From assembly GCF_044647545.1 (NCBI RefSeq), contig NZ_CP172818.1: a stretch of DNA of 64,000 nucleotides, one strand, 5' to 3'. Position 1 is the first letter of the stretch. Each line of letters opens with the position of its first letter. Made by a program: the position numbers and the translations under genes. Source of the DNA: Escherichia coli (GTDB taxonomy: Bacteria > Pseudomonadota > Gammaproteobacteria > Enterobacterales > Enterobacteriaceae). This document shows, in pieces, positions 22,479 through 33,782 of this stretch. The notes below the pieces were generated by a model. The model saw only the letters and a list, made by a program, of their open reading frames with translations. It was not told the DNA's origin and did no database searches.

Positions 22479-22699
22479 AAGCATTCTCTCCTTGTTTTTG
22501 CATGTTATAAAGAACTAAAGCGTTGTTCAAGGTATAGCACTGCAGCACACAATAATTGCTGCTATGAATATATAAATATGCAGTGATATCGAGAGCTTCG
22601 CTCATATGAGGTTATTCCGCAGATGAATAACCAGTTCAGATTAGAATGCTGCAGCATAAGAGAAAAATGATAAATCTGGATAAATTGATATTTGAGCGG

Positions 22700-22725
22700 A
22701 AAGAGGATGCGAGTGCATCCTCTGG
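22700..22725 (-). terminator. Putative terminator hairpin after rnk
   Basis: Perfect 9-bp stem agaggatgc / gcatcctct with 4-nt loop, 34 bp past the rnk stop; weak U-tract. Confidence 0.35.
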
Positions 22726-22756
22726 GCAAAGCGAGTTGTCGCTTGTGCAGATGGGA

Positions 22757-23167
22757 TTAAAGCAGGTAGTCGCCAGCAGCTTCTGGCTGGTATTCGAGTT
22801 CCAGCACTTCAAGGTGGGTTGCAACGCCGCCCGGAAGTTCCCAGTGAATGGAATCGCCAACGCGCAGCCCCAGCAGTGCGGCACCTACCGGAGCCATAAC
22901 GGAAAGCTGAGTATTGCTGTCGGTCATTTTTGCCGGATACACCAGCGTGCGCACACGCACTTCGCCATCGCTAAGATTGCGGAATTTAACCCGGCTGTTC
23001 ATTGTCACCACGTCGTGTGGCATCTCTTCTGGCGAACACATTTGGGCGCGATCCAACTCTGCGTTTAACGCGTCGGCGATTGGCAAACCAGCATAGGCGG
23101 GTTGCTCCAGCAGAATATCGATGCGTTCGGCATCCAGGTCGTTAATGATGATAGTTGGTCTGGACAT
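22757..23167 (-). CDS. rnk: Regulator of nucleoside diphosphate kinase (GreA/GreB-like)
   Basis: 136 aa. Confidence 0.9.
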
Positions 23168-23221
23168 TTTTACTCCATGTCGTCGGTACTGCGAGTGTCG
23201 CAGATAAACATACCCAAAAGA

Positions 23222-23259
23222 AAACCCTCACCGTCAGGCGGCGAGGGTTTAACTCACAT
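23222..23259 (-). terminator. Intrinsic terminator downstream of rna (minus strand)
   Basis: aaccctc / gagggtt stem; minus-strand transcript continues with ttcttttggg. Confidence 0.5.
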
Positions 23260-23396
23260 GATGATACTGACTGTTGCTCACTCTTTGAAGTGATTTGCGT
23301 CACATTCAGGGAATTCCTCAATGTAGCGCATTATGTATAAATCTTAATCGTCATGGTTTATGGAAGACGAATTAGCGTGTTTTGTAAATCAGAGGA

Positions 23397-24203
23397 TTAA
23401 TAACCAGCTTTATCAATCACAAAGGTTTTGCCACAGTTGCCTGGGTGTGGTTGTGGCAAGAATGAGTTGGCAGAAAGCGGAGCGTTGATGGCGTCAGCTT
23501 TGATCGAGATCTGAATTTCAGTCAAATACGCAGGGTTACCCTGGCACGTTAGCTTAACTGCTTTCACGTTCTCTTTTCCCCAGCTTTTGGCAAAGGCGGC
23601 ATCAAAGTCACGGCGGCTCACTGTTTTACCGTAGTTATCCGCAAGGAATTTTCCGGCTTCGCTCTCTTTAATTTCTTGATTCAGGCGTACCATCGTGCCG
23701 AAGTATGCGTCTGGATCAAAACCAAAGCAGGCACCGTGTTTGGCATATTCGTAGCGTTCCAGGCAGGAACGTCCGCCAGCTCCTGGCATGACTTCACTTA
23801 GTTTAGCGGCCGTTTCCAGCGATAACCCGGTTTCCGGAGATGAACACATTCGGCTGGCGCGCGCTTCTGGTAGATTCGGGATTGGGCGAGTAGCGCAACC
23901 GAAGCGCATCCAGCGGCGTTCATCAACACCACGGGCAGCAACCGATTTAGGCAATCCTGGCCACAGACCATGTACGGTCAGAAAATCAGCTTTGTTGGTC
24001 GTTTCGGTTTGCAGGCGACATTCATCTCGTTCGTTACGATTTCGATCGTGTTGACTCTGGCAAAATCCGGTTTGCCAGGAGAGGGCCAGGACATAGCGAT
24101 CAAAATCGCCATACTGTTTTGCCTGCAACGCCACGGCGTTGGCAGAAGAGAAGGGAAGCAGAGAAACCGCGAGCAACGCGGCGTTACGCCAGAATGCTTT
24201 CAT
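23397..24203 (-). CDS. rna: Ribonuclease I (RNase T2 family), periplasmic
   Basis: 268 aa from ATG at 24203; signal peptide; T2 catalytic motif FLTVHGLWP. Confidence 0.93.
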   Translation of the reverse strand: MKAFWRNAALLAVSLLPFSSANAVALQAKQYGDFDRYVLALSWQTGFCQSQHDRNRNERDECRLQTETTNKADFLTVHGLWPGLPKSVAARGVDERRWMRFGCATRPIPNLPEARASRMCSSPETGLSLETAAKLSEVMPGAGGRSCLERYEYAKHGACFGFDPDAYFGTMVRLNQEIKESEAGKFLADNYGKTVSRRDFDAAFAKSWGKENVKAVKLTCQGNPAYLTEIQISIKADAINAPLSANSFLPQPHPGNCGKTFVIDKAGY

Positions 24204-24249
24204 AATGGGTGTGGAACTCATACATATACTGAATACTATCTATTAAATC

Positions 24250-24286
24250 ATAAAAAAGCCCGCCAGGTGGGCTTACCTGGCGGGCG
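24250..24286 (-). terminator. Intrinsic terminator after citT, end of the cit operon
   Basis: 11-bp stem gcccgccaggt / acctggcgggc with 6-nt loop; minus-strand transcript continues with tttttt. Confidence 0.75.
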
Positions 24287-24316
24287 TGATGATTTATTCA
24301 GCGTTTGGCGAACGTA

Positions 24317-25780
24317 TTAGTTCCACATGGCGAGAATCGGCCAGCCAACCAACAGCAGCATAGAGATGTAAATCACCCCGAAGATTGCACCAAGTCGCCA
24401 GTAATCTTTTGATTTCACATAGCCACAGCCGTAAATAATCACCCCAGGACCGGTTGCATACGGCGTCAGACAGCCCATGATACCGATAGACAGCACCAGC
24501 AGAATACACAGTTGTTCCATTGGTACGCCCGGAATACCTTTACCGACGGCCAGAATAACCGGCAGCATGGTTGCGGTGTGCGCAGACAGGCTGGCAAACA
24601 GGTAGTGTGCAAAGTAGAACACCAGAACCAGTACAATCACCGTTGCGTTTGGTGAGAAGCCTTCCAGGTGTGTACTCATCGTGTTGGCGAACCAGTCGAT
24701 AAAGCCAGAACGGGTCAGGCCATTCGCCATAACAACCAGCGTTGCCAGGTTGACCAGCGTGTTCCATGCGCTGTTATAGCGAGTAATGTCTTTCCACGGC
24801 ACAACGTGCAGCGCCAGCATCAGCGAAACTGCCAGCAGACCTACCGCAGTAGCATTAATGACTTCACTGCCAAATACCCACAAACCTAAGCTGAGCAATA
24901 CAAGGCCAATCAGCGTCCACTCTCTGCGCGTCAGCGCACCCATGGTTTTTAGTTCATCACCCGCCCAGGTTGCCACTTCTTCACTGTGTGTGATTTCCGG
25001 TTTGTACAGCACGTAGGAAAGCCACGGCGCAATGATAAGCAAGATAACCCCAACCGGCAGGAAGCAGAGGAACCACTGCAACCAGCTAATCTGGATACCA
25101 GCAATTTTGCTGACGAACTCCAGACCCAGCACGTTTGGTGCCGCACCGGTGACAAACATGGACGAACTCAGACTGGTACTAATGACCATCATCCACATCA
25201 AATAGCCGCCAATACGACGCGCGGACGGATCGTTCGGGAATGATTTAAACAGCGGCGGCAGGTTTTTAATGACCGGAAAAACCGTACCCCCGGTACGCGC
25301 GGTGTTGGACGGTGTAAACGGTGCCAGCAGAATGTCGATAATGACAATCGCATAACCCAACGTCAGCGTGCGTTTGCCCATGAATTTCACCAGGAAAAGG
25401 GCAATGCGACGACCTAACCCGGAAACTTCATACCCTAATGCAAAAATAAATGCGCCAAATACCAGCCATACCGTGGTGCTGGAAAAACCAGCCAGACCCC
25501 ATTTCAGCGCCTGTTTTTGCGCATTAAACGCTGGGTCAGCTAATTCTTTGGCATCAAAGAGCAGGTAATTACTGCCAATAACGCAAATAGTAACCGCAAT
25601 AAAACTGATCGCCGTTGCCGGAATTGGCTCGAGGATCATGCCGACAATCATTGCCACAAACACTGCAAAGTAATGCCACGCCTGCGGCGGCATACCGTCA
25701 GGTACAGGGATAAGAAACATGACACCCATCACCACCAGGGGCGCCAATAATTTCCATATATTATCTTTTGCTAAAGACAT
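24317..25780 (-). CDS. citT: Citrate:succinate antiporter
   Basis: 487 aa polytopic membrane protein; last gene of the cit operon. Confidence 0.93.
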   Translation of the reverse strand: MSLAKDNIWKLLAPLVVMGVMFLIPVPDGMPPQAWHYFAVFVAMIVGMILEPIPATAISFIAVTICVIGSNYLLFDAKELADPAFNAQKQALKWGLAGFSSTTVWLVFGAFIFALGYEVSGLGRRIALFLVKFMGKRTLTLGYAIVIIDILLAPFTPSNTARTGGTVFPVIKNLPPLFKSFPNDPSARRIGGYLMWMMVISTSLSSSMFVTGAAPNVLGLEFVSKIAGIQISWLQWFLCFLPVGVILLIIAPWLSYVLYKPEITHSEEVATWAGDELKTMGALTRREWTLIGLVLLSLGLWVFGSEVINATAVGLLAVSLMLALHVVPWKDITRYNSAWNTLVNLATLVVMANGLTRSGFIDWFANTMSTHLEGFSPNATVIVLVLVFYFAHYLFASLSAHTATMLPVILAVGKGIPGVPMEQLCILLVLSIGIMGCLTPYATGPGVIIYGCGYVKSKDYWRLGAIFGVIYISMLLLVGWPILAMWN

Positions 25781-25829
25781 ACGGGTTCTCCGACAATTAA
25801 TATTCCAATTTTATCAAGTGCTTAAATTA

Positions 25830-27234
<1,405 letters not shown>

Positions 27235-27237
27235 GGC

Positions 27238-28770
27238 TTATTCCTTCACCTGATGCACAACATCGATCACCGAGCCATCGCGGTAACGCACAACGGCAAC
27301 GACGCGGTCGGTGAATTCAATCGGCTGTGGTTCACCGGTCAGCAGACGCGCACGTTCACGCAGCCACTCAATAGAAACCACTTTGATCCCCGCTTCCTGC
27401 AGACGTTCTGCCAGCTCCGGACGTGCCGGGTTAACAGCGATGCCGTGGTCTGTGACCAGAATATCGACACTGGAGCCCGGGGTGATGCAGGTCAGCACGT
27501 TATCCACCAGCGTCGGAATACGACCGCGTACCAGCGGCGCGACGATGATGGAAAGCGCAGAGGCAATCGCGGTATCGCAGTGACCACCGGAAGCACCACG
27601 CAGTACGCCGTCAGAGCCGGTCAGCACGTTAACGTTGAACTGGGTGTCAATTTCCAGCGCACTCAGTACCACCACGTCGAGACGATCAACCGATGCGCCT
27701 TTCGACCCCCAGTTAGCGTACTGGTTGGCGCTGATTTCGATGTGATTGGGGTTACGGGCCAGCGATTGCGCAGCATGGCTGTCAAAGCTCTGCACATCCA
27801 GCAGTTTGCGGATCAAACCTTTTTCGTGCAGCTCAACCATCGTTGCGGTAATACCGCCGAGGGCGAAGTCGGCGCGAATATCGCGGCTACGCATTTTGTC
27901 TTCCAGGAAACGGGTTACCGCCAGCGAAGCGCCGCCGGTGCCGGTCTGCATGGAGAAACCTTCTTTGAAGTAGCCAGAGTTAACAATCACATCCGCAGCG
28001 CTACGGGCAATAAGCAGTTCGCGCGGGTTAGTGGTCATACGGGTAGCACCAGCGCCGATTTTTGCAGCATCGCCAACGCGATCAACTTTGACGATCAGAT
28101 CAACCTGATCTTGCTCAATGCTTGCCGGATTATGCGGATAAGGCAGCAGTTCTTCGGTAAGCATCACGACCTGTTTTGCGTTGTCGGCATCAACCATTGC
28201 ATAGCCGAGGGAGCCGCAGCAGGCTTTACCGGAGTAGCCGTTGGCATTACCGAATTCATCACAGGACGGGACGCCGAGGAAAGCCACGTCGATATTCAGT
28301 TCGCCGCTCTGTACCAGATGCACACGTCCGCCGTGAGAGTGGATTTGCACCGGTTCCGCCAGCAGACCACGGGAGATTTCTTCCGCCAGTGGACCGCGCA
28401 GGCCAGAGGTATAAATGCGGGTAACCACGCCCTGGCGAATGTGTTCTACCAGCGGCGCATGGCAATCACTCAGGGAGCTGGAGGCCAGAGTCAGGTTTTT
28501 AAAGCCCATCTTCGCGATGACGTCCATCACCATATTGACGGTCAGGTCACCGCCACGGAAAGCGTGATGGAAGGAAACCGTCATACCGTCCTGTAAGCCA
28601 GAGCGACGAATCGCTTCTTCCAGGTTGGCGCACAGTTTGCGATCGCGCGCTTTTTCAGCCTGGTAGGTTTGCTTTGGCGAGTTCTGGAAAGCGGCAAGAT
28701 CGCATTCAGCGCGACGATTCCAGGCCGCTACCCGTTCTTGTCGTTGAGATTGTTCAATTTTCTGCGTCAT
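27238..28770 (-). CDS. citF: Citrate lyase alpha subunit (citrate CoA-transferase)
   Basis: 510 aa. Confidence 0.95.
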   Translation of the reverse strand: MTQKIEQSQRQERVAAWNRRAECDLAAFQNSPKQTYQAEKARDRKLCANLEEAIRRSGLQDGMTVSFHHAFRGGDLTVNMVMDVIAKMGFKNLTLASSSLSDCHAPLVEHIRQGVVTRIYTSGLRGPLAEEISRGLLAEPVQIHSHGGRVHLVQSGELNIDVAFLGVPSCDEFGNANGYSGKACCGSLGYAMVDADNAKQVVMLTEELLPYPHNPASIEQDQVDLIVKVDRVGDAAKIGAGATRMTTNPRELLIARSAADVIVNSGYFKEGFSMQTGTGGASLAVTRFLEDKMRSRDIRADFALGGITATMVELHEKGLIRKLLDVQSFDSHAAQSLARNPNHIEISANQYANWGSKGASVDRLDVVVLSALEIDTQFNVNVLTGSDGVLRGASGGHCDTAIASALSIIVAPLVRGRIPTLVDNVLTCITPGSSVDILVTDHGIAVNPARPELAERLQEAGIKVVSIEWLRERARLLTGEPQPIEFTDRVVAVVRYRDGSVIDVVHQVKE

Positions 28771-28780
28771 TTTGATTGCC

Positions 28781-29689
28781 TTATTCTTCGCGGATGCCGG
28801 AAAGTTCTGCGCGGGAGAGCACCAGACGGGCGCGATCGATAACCGGACCGTCTACCATCTTGCCGTTCAGGGAAACCACGCCGAGGCCTTCGCGAGCGGC
28901 GGCTTCAGCGGCTTCTACGACGCGGCGGGCGTGATCCACTTCTTTCTGAGTCGGTGCGTAGAGGTTGTGCAGCAGATCAATCTGACGCGGGTTGATCAGC
29001 GATTTGCCGTCAAAGCCCAGCTGTTTGATGTGGGCGGCTTCTTGCAGGAATCCGGCTTCGTTGTTAGCGTCGGAATAGACGGTATCGAACGCCTGAATAC
29101 CCGCAGAGCGCGCGGCCTGCAAAATGGAGCAGCGTGCGAACAGCAGTTCAGTTCCTTCCGGAGAGCGTTCTGTACGCAGGTTGCGCACATAGTCTTCTGC
29201 ACCGAGGGCGATACCGATCAAACGCTCGGAAGCGTGAGCGATTTCCACTGCGCGGGTAATGCCCAGCGGAGATTCAATCGCTGCCAGCAGGCCGGTGCTG
29301 CCGGGTTCACGACCACAGGCTTTTTCGATGCGCAGGATCTCTTTTTCGATATCCAGAACATCCTGAGCGGTATCGGTTTTCGGCAGACGCACAACGTCCG
29401 CACCACCGCGAACGACGGCTTCCAGGTCGTTAACACCCCATTCGGAATCCAGCGCGTTTACACGCACAATGGTTTCAATATCGCGATACAGCGGATGTTG
29501 CAGCGCGTGGTAAACCATGCGGCGGGCTGTGTCTTTTTCACGCAATGCCACGGAGTCTTCGAGGTCAAACATCAGGGCATCAGCCGGGTAGATGAATGAG
29601 TTGCTGACCATCGCGGCATTGGCACCTGGCACAAACAGCATGCTGCGGCGGGTGCGAGTTTTACGTTGTTGCAGCGAAGCGGAAATCAT
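28781..29689 (-). CDS. citE: Citrate lyase beta subunit (citryl-CoA lyase)
   Basis: 302 aa from ATG at 29689; 4-bp ATGA overlap with citD stop. Confidence 0.93.
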
Positions 29690-29982
29690 TGGCAATCCTC
29701 CCATGGCAGAGCCGGGATACCGCTGGCGCGTGCCAGCAGGGCTTCCAGTCGTGCACGTAAAATGCAGTCCAGTGCGCCTTTGTCATCGACATTCAGCTGT
29801 ACGCCGCGCACGTTGTAGCGGGCGAGAACGTCCAGAATGGTGGTGCGAATTGCATCGCCAAACTGTTTCTCAACGCTGCTGTTGATTTGCAGGTCGATAT
29901 CCTGCGTATCGAGTGGGGCGATGCGTATCATCACATCCCCAGACTCAAGGGTGCCTGCAACGGCGGGCTGGTTTATTTTCAT
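29686..29982 (-). CDS. citD: Citrate lyase gamma subunit (acyl carrier protein)
   Basis: 98 aa. Confidence 0.93.
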
Positions 29983-29996
29983 TTTTCACCTGTTTC

Positions 29997-31055
29997 TCAT
30001 GCGGGGGTCTTTTGACGAGCTGCCGCGTCCTGGCGGGAGTGCTCAAGCAGGTTCTGCAAATAATGCAGCGTGACTGCAGGGACCAGCGGCGCGATAGCCG
30101 TGAGATCGTTTTTCGCCAGCAGTTGACGTACCCGGGAAGCGGATATCGGCATCTCCTGGTAACGCAGCCGCTCAATTTCAACCAGTTCGATGGGCGGTGC
30201 GGAGATAGTCGGCGTTTCCAGCCAGTAGCGCATATCCTGGTTGTACTGGGCGGTAACGCGACAAAAGGGTTCAGTACCGACAAAGCGGTGAGTTACACCC
30301 AGCGCGGGAGCGAGGTACTGACGGAAAATCTTCAGATCAATTTCGGTGTAACAATGGTTAATGACGCTCTGTTCTTTAATGAAGTAGCAAGGGAACGTAG
30401 CGCGGGAGATGATGTATTCGGAGCCGCGATGCACAGTCAGGCGTGGAATATCGGCGGTGCCTTTTAACACCAGATCCAGCCGGTCTTCATAGGGGAAGCG
30501 TGAAGAATCTTCTTTGACTAAAAACAGATGCAACCAGTCGCACTGTGCCGCAGCCTGTTGAATCAGATAACGGTGACCATTCGTAAAGGGATTGGCGTTC
30601 ATCACAATGCAGCCAATCTTGTTCCCTGGATGACGAAATTTTTTCAGCGATTCGGCATAGCGTTTCAGTCGCGTGGCGCTGTTTTCCATCAGCACCATCA
30701 CGCCGGGTACGCTGGTCAGCGTGGAAAAACCGCACTGGCGGAACAGCGCCTCGTATTCGGTTTTGGTATAAATAAACAGATGCGTGCTGTGCCGCTCATA
30801 GGCGAGGTTTATCAATTCAGTGGCTAATGTCAGCGCCAGTCCTTCACCGCGAACGGATTCACTGATAGCAACGCATTTAATAATATTTCCGGCAATTCCA
30901 CCGCACGCGATAAGCTTTTCATCGCGGGTTACGGTAATAAATACTTCGACTGTGGTGTCAACGCTCAAATCATTTTCATGCAGGAATTGGGCGATTTCCG
31001 CCATTTTTTTATTTTCTGAACGTTTTACACGGGTGAAAATATCATTGCCGAACAT
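29997..31055 (-). CDS. citC: [Citrate (pro-3S)-lyase] ligase
   Basis: 352 aa from ATG at 31055 (ORF-track start 31142 is an extension); first gene of citCDEFXG-citT. Confidence 0.9.
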   Translation of the reverse strand: MFGNDIFTRVKRSENKKMAEIAQFLHENDLSVDTTVEVFITVTRDEKLIACGGIAGNIIKCVAISESVRGEGLALTLATELINLAYERHSTHLFIYTKTEYEALFRQCGFSTLTSVPGVMVLMENSATRLKRYAESLKKFRHPGNKIGCIVMNANPFTNGHRYLIQQAAAQCDWLHLFLVKEDSSRFPYEDRLDLVLKGTADIPRLTVHRGSEYIISRATFPCYFIKEQSVINHCYTEIDLKIFRQYLAPALGVTHRFVGTEPFCRVTAQYNQDMRYWLETPTISAPPIELVEIERLRYQEMPISASRVRQLLAKNDLTAIAPLVPAVTLHYLQNLLEHSRQDAAARQKTPA

Positions 31056-31434
31056 AATAAATAGTATCCTGAAGGTGCATGTTGTTATCGATTTGCAACG
31101 AATGTTGTTCGATGTTGCAAACTGATAACCTTTTATTTTCACTTGGGAGAAAGGGGGGCGATCGAGGTATATCTTTTTCTCCTTTCGCTATACATCCTAA
31201 GGAGTATTGCTGCGTGAAATTTTGATTTATTTCACATAGAGTTAGTGGTTTTTTATTTATTTAATGGTTTTAAGTTTTTTAATTAATGTAATTACGAAAT
31301 GACCCGCAGGTTTAAGTGATTTAATTGATTTAATGAATAAAATTTGCCACGATTATATTTAATATCTATGTATTTTGATTCAACATTTTAATTACATCTG
31401 TCAAAGAGGCTCGGGACAACCCGCAAGGAAAACA
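31056..31434. promoter_or_regulatory. Divergent citC / dpiB control region
   Basis: 379-bp very AT-rich intergenic region with tandem gatttaat direct repeats (31318-31325 and 31327-31334) and further ttaatg/ttaatt motifs; expected location of DpiA and CRP sites. Confidence 0.5.
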
Positions 31435-33093
31435 ATGTTGCAGCTTAACGAGAATAAACAGTTTGCATTTTTCCAAAGACTGGCATTTCCGCTGCGTATC
31501 TTTTTGCTGATTCTGGTGTTCTCAATATTTGTCATTGCAGCCCTGGCGCAATATTTTACGGCCAGTTTTGAGGACTATTTAACGCTTCATGTGCGCGACA
31601 TGGCAATGAATCAGGCAAAAATTATTGCTTCTAATGACAGTATCATCAGCGCAGTGAAAACGCGTGACTACAAGAGGCTGGCGACCATCGCTGACAAATT
31701 ACAAAGAGATACTGATTTCGATTATGTGGTGATTGGCGATCGGCACTCGATTCGTCTTTACCATCCTAATCCGGAGAAAATTGGTTATCCTATGCAGTTC
31801 ACCAAACCGGGCGCGCTGGAGAAAGGGGAGAGCTACTTCATCACCGGGAAAGGGTCAATTGGCATGGCGATGCGTGCCAAAACGCCAATCTTTGATGACG
31901 ATGGAAAAGTCATCGGCGTGGTGTCGATTGGCTACCTGGTGAGTAAAATCGATAGCTGGCGGGCTGAGTTTTTATTACCGATGGCTGGCGTGTTTGTCGT
32001 GCTGTTAGGGATTCTGATGTTGCTATCGTGGTTCCTGGCCGCGCATATCCGTCGGCAAATGATGGGCATGGAGCCAAAGCAAATCGCACGCGTGGTCCGT
32101 CAGCAAGAGGCGCTGTTTAGTTCGGTTTATGAAGGGCTCATTGCGGTGGATCCGCATGGTTACATTACCGCCATCAATCGTAACGCAAGAAAGATGCTGG
32201 GTCTGAGTTCCCCCGGACGGCAATGGTTGGGTAAACCCATTGCTGAAGTGGTCAGGCCCGCCGATTTCTTTACCGAACAGATTGATGAAAAACGTCAGGA
32301 TGTGGTGGCGAACTTTAACGGTCTGAGCGTTATTGCCAATCGGGAAGCTATTCGTTCAGGTGATGATTTGCTGGGGGCCATTATCAGCTTTCGTAGTAAA
32401 GACGAAATTTCCACCCTCAATGCACAACTGACGCAAATTAAACAATACGTCGAGAGCCTGCGCACATTGCGACACGAGCATCTCAATTGGATGTCGACGC
32501 TCAATGGTCTGTTGCAGATGAAAGAGTATGATCGCGTGTTGGCGATGGTGCAGGGGGAGTCTCAGGCCCAGCAACAGCTTATTGATAGCCTGCGCGAGGC
32601 GTTTGCCGATCGCCAGGTGGCGGGGCTGCTTTTTGGTAAAGTGCAGCGCGCCCGCGAACTGGGGCTAAAAATGGTCATCGTCCCCGGAAGTCAGCTTTCG
32701 CAACTGCCGCCAGGACTGGACAGCACCGAGTTTGCCGCCATTGTTGGCAATTTACTTGATAACGCCTTCGAAGCCAGCCTGCGTAGCGATGAAGGAAACA
32801 AGATCGTTGAATTATTCCTCAGCGATGAAGGCGATGATGTGGTGATTGAAGTCGCCGATCAGGGCTGCGGCGTTCCAGAGTCTCTACGAGACAAAATATT
32901 TGAGCAGGGTGTCAGTACGCGTGCTGACGAGCCCGGCGAACATGGCATTGGGTTGTACTTGATTGCCAGTTACGTAACGCGCTGCGGTGGTGTTATCACT
33001 CTCGAAGATAATGATCCCTGCGGTACCTTATTTTCAATCTATATTCCGAAAGTGAAACCTAATGACAGCTCCATTAACCCTATTGATCGTTGA
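31435..33093 (+). CDS. dpiB: Sensor histidine kinase of the citrate two-component system
   Basis: 552 aa from ATG at 31435; two TM segments flanking a periplasmic domain; H-box LRHEHLNWMSTL; 32-bp overlap with dpiA. Confidence 0.93.
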   Translation: MLQLNENKQFAFFQRLAFPLRIFLLILVFSIFVIAALAQYFTASFEDYLTLHVRDMAMNQAKIIASNDSIISAVKTRDYKRLATIADKLQRDTDFDYVVIGDRHSIRLYHPNPEKIGYPMQFTKPGALEKGESYFITGKGSIGMAMRAKTPIFDDDGKVIGVVSIGYLVSKIDSWRAEFLLPMAGVFVVLLGILMLLSWFLAAHIRRQMMGMEPKQIARVVRQQEALFSSVYEGLIAVDPHGYITAINRNARKMLGLSSPGRQWLGKPIAEVVRPADFFTEQIDEKRQDVVANFNGLSVIANREAIRSGDDLLGAIISFRSKDEISTLNAQLTQIKQYVESLRTLRHEHLNWMSTLNGLLQMKEYDRVLAMVQGESQAQQQLIDSLREAFADRQVAGLLFGKVQRARELGLKMVIVPGSQLSQLPPGLDSTEFAAIVGNLLDNAFEASLRSDEGNKIVELFLSDEGDDVVIEVADQGCGVPESLRDKIFEQGVSTRADEPGEHGIGLYLIASYVTRCGGVITLEDNDPCGTLFSIYIPKVKPNDSSINPIDR

Positions 33094-33742
33094 GGACGAA
33101 ACGCCGCTGGCAGAGATGCATGCGGAATATATTCGTCACATTCCCGGATTCAGTCAGATATTACTGGCGGGAAACCTGGCGCAGGCCCGAATGATGATCG
33201 AGCGTTTTAAGCCGGGGCTAATCTTGCTCGATAACTATCTTCCTGACGGTAGAGGGATTAATTTACTGCATGAACTGGTGCAGGCGCATTATCCCGGCGA
33301 CGTGGTGTTTACCACTGCAGCCAGCGATATGGAAACGGTGTCTGAAGCCGTACGTTGTGGTGTATTTGATTATCTCATTAAGCCCATTGCCTATGAACGG
33401 CTGGGGCAAACGCTAACCCGTTTCCGCCAGCGTAAACATATGCTGGAAAGTATTGATAGCGCCAGCCAGAAGCAAATCGATGAGATGTTTAATGCCTATG
33501 CTCGCGGTGAACCCAAAGACGAACTGCCGACCGGCATTGACCCCTTGACGCTAAACGCGGTGCGAAAACTGTTTAAAGAGCCTGGTGTCCAACATACGGC
33601 AGAAACGGTGGCGCAGGCACTGACCATCAGTCGCACCACTGCCAGGCGTTATCTTGAATATTGCGCCAGCCGCCATCTGATTATTGCTGAAATTGTTCAC
33701 GGCAAAGTTGGCAGACCGCAACGCATATACCACAGTGGGTGA
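33062..33742 (+). CDS. dpiA: Response regulator of the citrate two-component system
   Basis: 226 aa; receiver domain with ILLDNYLPDG phospho-acceptor region. Confidence 0.93.
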   Translation: MTAPLTLLIVEDETPLAEMHAEYIRHIPGFSQILLAGNLAQARMMIERFKPGLILLDNYLPDGRGINLLHELVQAHYPGDVVFTTAASDMETVSEAVRCGVFDYLIKPIAYERLGQTLTRFRQRKHMLESIDSASQKQIDEMFNAYARGEPKDELPTGIDPLTLNAVRKLFKEPGVQHTAETVAQALTISRTTARRYLEYCASRHLIIAEIVHGKVGRPQRIYHSG

Positions 33743-33750
33743 CATGATAA

Positions 33751-33775
33751 AGCCGGAGGAAGCTTGCCTCCGGCA
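33751..33775. terminator. Shared hairpin between convergent dpiA and dcuC
   Basis: 8-bp stem gccggagg / cctccggc with 7-nt loop in the 40-bp gap between the two stop codons. Confidence 0.5.
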
Positions 33776-33782
33776 TGACTAT

